A DNA stretch of 63,981 nt, counting the filler, from Caldilineae bacterium (GTDB lineage: Bacteria; Chloroflexota; Anaerolineae; DTLA01): assembly GCA_037446815.1 (NCBI GenBank). It is 6 parts of 6 records of this genome, joined end to end, with 100 filler letters (N's around TTAATTAATTAA, not from the genome) between each part and the next. Parts side by side here need not be neighbours in the genome. Positions count along the whole stretch, not along the records: positions 56,010 to 63,981 come from JBBIHX010000135.1; 5 more parts are not named here. The stretch is one strand, 5' to 3'. The stretch's first letter is position 1, and each line of letters opens with the position of its first letter. Below the pieces are notes generated by a model. It ran no database searches. It was not told where the DNA came from and was given only the letters and a program-made list of their open reading frames with translations. The translations under genes were made by a program, and so were the position numbers. Positions 62,001-63,981 of this stretch are shown here, one piece after another.

Positions 62001-63773
62001 GACTCCTACGTCTTGCGGATTCAGGTACAGCCCCAACAGACCGAGAAGATTTCCTTGGAAGCCGAGTTGGGCTCGCTCACACCCCCTATGGCCACGGGCT
62101 CCCACCAGCAAGCGTCAAGCTGCGGCTACGTGTCCAGCCCTCAGGGGAACCAGGGGGCTGTAGAAATGCAATTCTCCATTGCCCAGGCTGGGAACTACTA
62201 CTTCTGGGCCCGCGGAATGGGGCTTACCGACTACAATGAGAATTCTTTCTGGGCATCGGTTGACGGTGGAACCCCCTATCATTACGAGATACCGGCCCCT
62301 GGAGGCGAATGGCATTGGAGCCGCTTGTTCCAGGAATCGGGGAATGCTGCACCCCTTTGGCTCAGCGCTGGTTCGCATACGATACGCTTCACTGGTCGCG
62401 AGCAAGGGGCGCGATTGGACAAGGTTGTCATTGTCAATCGCGCGGACTATCAGCCATCTGCTGCGGATGTGGTTTCTTGCACAGCGCCGCCGAATAGTTG
62501 GCGCGCCGAGTACTTCAACAACGAAACGCTATCGGGCCCCCCTGCGGTCGTCAAATACTATACGACCACATATCTGGACTTCGAATGGGCTGCTGGCGCT
62601 CCGGAGCCCGAGGTCAATGCAGATCATTTCTCCGCGCGATTCAGGCGGACCGTTAATTTCAGTGCCGGGCGGTACAAGTTTACCGTATTCCGCGACGATG
62701 GGGCACGGCTTTACGTGGACGGGACCCGCATCCTAGACGAGTGGCGATGGGGACGCGCGGAGCATACTGTGGAGCGAGACCTATCCGCAGGCAATCACGA
62801 GATTGTCCTGGAGGTCTACGAGATTGACGGGTGGGCCGCCGCGAAGTTGTCCTGGCAGATGGTGGGCGGAAATGCCCCCGCCATAGGAAGTGTCCAGCCC
62901 GCATGTGGCAGGAGCGATGCCAACCAGACCGTAACCTTCCAGACGGTCGGTTCCGATCCAGATGGCTGGCAGAATATCAAAATCGTGTACTTCACGATCA
63001 ACACGGCCGCGTCGCGTAACGGCGGCGTGACAGTAGCCTACAACGCCGAACTGGATCGCATGGTGATGTGGGACGACTCCGCCGGGAGATGGCTTGTCGG
63101 TGGGGCCCCGGGGTCTAATACCAACCTGGAGACGTCTCGCGCCCGTTTGAATATCGCCGCGAGCAGCAAGCAGGGTTCAGGTAATGAGTTGACGGTAACC
63201 TGGAATCTGCAATTCAAGTCCGAGATGCACGGGGGCTACCCGCTCTATTTGCTCATCCTGGATAGGTCCGGCAATCACACGGGCTGGCAGGCTGTGGGGT
63301 CATGGGGAGTGGGCACGAATGGCTCGCCGCCCTGTGTCGGCGCAGTGAGTCCGTCCAGCGGACAGAGCGCGGCAGGGGCCCAGGCGCAAATTGCGACCGA
63401 ATTCTCTGATGTAGATGGCTGGGAGGACTTGAAAATCGGCTATCTCCTGGTCGCGCCGATTCCGAATGCCCAGTCTGATTCGGTATACCTTGCCTACAAC
63501 CAGGATGTGAACAAGATCTTCTTGCGGAACGATCAGAACACCGCATGGCTCGGTGGGTTTGCCCCAGGGACAAGTGCCACGATCCAGAACAGCAATGTAA
63601 TCGTGGACGTGGCCAATTGCACGGTAAACCATACGGCACAGGGGCTCACAGTACGCTGGGCGTTGCGCTTCAAGAACGAGTTCCGCGGCGACTACAACAT
63701 GTACGCGATGGCACTGGACGATCGCGGGTATGTCGCTCCGTGGCAGAAGAAAGGAACTTGGGCTATACAGTAA
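59056..63773 (+). CDS. large secreted multidomain protein (C39-like peptidase, putative lysozyme-like domain, Cys-rich module, beta/gamma-crystallin, FN3, PPC, CBM-like, PA14, two C-terminal repeats), split by a scaffold gap
   Basis: AAGGAGG RBS and signal peptide; 55 bp duplicated across the gap (61188-61242 = 61343-61397); merging the copies gives one frame of 1520 codons. Confidence 0.8.
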
Positions 63774-63795
63774 GCCCGCTGCAAGTCCACAGGCG

Positions 63796-63837
63796 AGGGG
63801 GAGCCGCGACGATGCCCGCGGCCTCCCCCTTCTTCGT
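63796..63837 (+). terminator. terminator hairpin
   Basis: AGGGGGAGCCGCG/CGCGGCCTCCCCCT followed by TCTTCGTT. Confidence 0.6.
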
Positions 63838-63981
63838 TCCGTGACACAGCCCTTGGGGCTCTGCACGCCCCGCCTTTTCCGGCTCATGCTTGCTGAGATG
63901 TCTTCTCCGATCCCTTGTGGATCAATACCCCCCGCCTCTTGCGCCGCCGGCCAGGGCGTGATACACTCTGCGGCGAATCGC

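Overview
The window is not one locus. It is six roughly 11-kb scaffolds joined by artificial N-TTAATTAATTAA-N linkers (11266-11365, 22499-22598, 33664-33763, 44829-44928, 55910-56009), with five further internal 100-N gaps. The DNA is GC-rich, and the gene content suggests an anaerobic Chloroflexota (Anaerolineae-like) genome (inference). Scaffold 1: class V aminotransferase, ECF sigma/anti-sigma pair, opp operon with two binding proteins, Nudix hydrolase. Scaffold 2: a Vsr/DUF559-like + PcrA-Tudor fusion coupled to an MrfA/Hrq1-type DUF1998 helicase with an inserted HNH domain, then galE/GT4, a DUF4258 toxin-like gene between 22-bp inverted repeats, radical SAM, LysM-M23. Scaffold 3: mutY, GT4s, M16 peptidase, prsW. 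Scaffold 4: dihydropyrimidinase, a cooC operon, two deoxynucleoside kinases, ppdK. Scaffold 5: maltodextrin genes (binding protein, GH13, GH57), AOR, PLP enzyme. Scaffold 6: mreD-mrdA and a lower-GC secreted mosaic hydrolase of about 1520 aa. Intergenic DNA is a mosaic of REP-like palindromes. The best candidates for new biology are (1) a REP-carrying MITE family whose ends sit about 15-16 bp upstream of sigma70 -35 boxes, (2) the Tudor-nuclease/HNH-helicase pair, (3) the inverted-repeat-bounded DUF4258 cassette with a structured leader, (4) a candidate anti-SD sRNA, and (5) apparent TCGA/AGCT/GTSAC avoidance. All family assignments come from motif recognition by eye; no searches were run.
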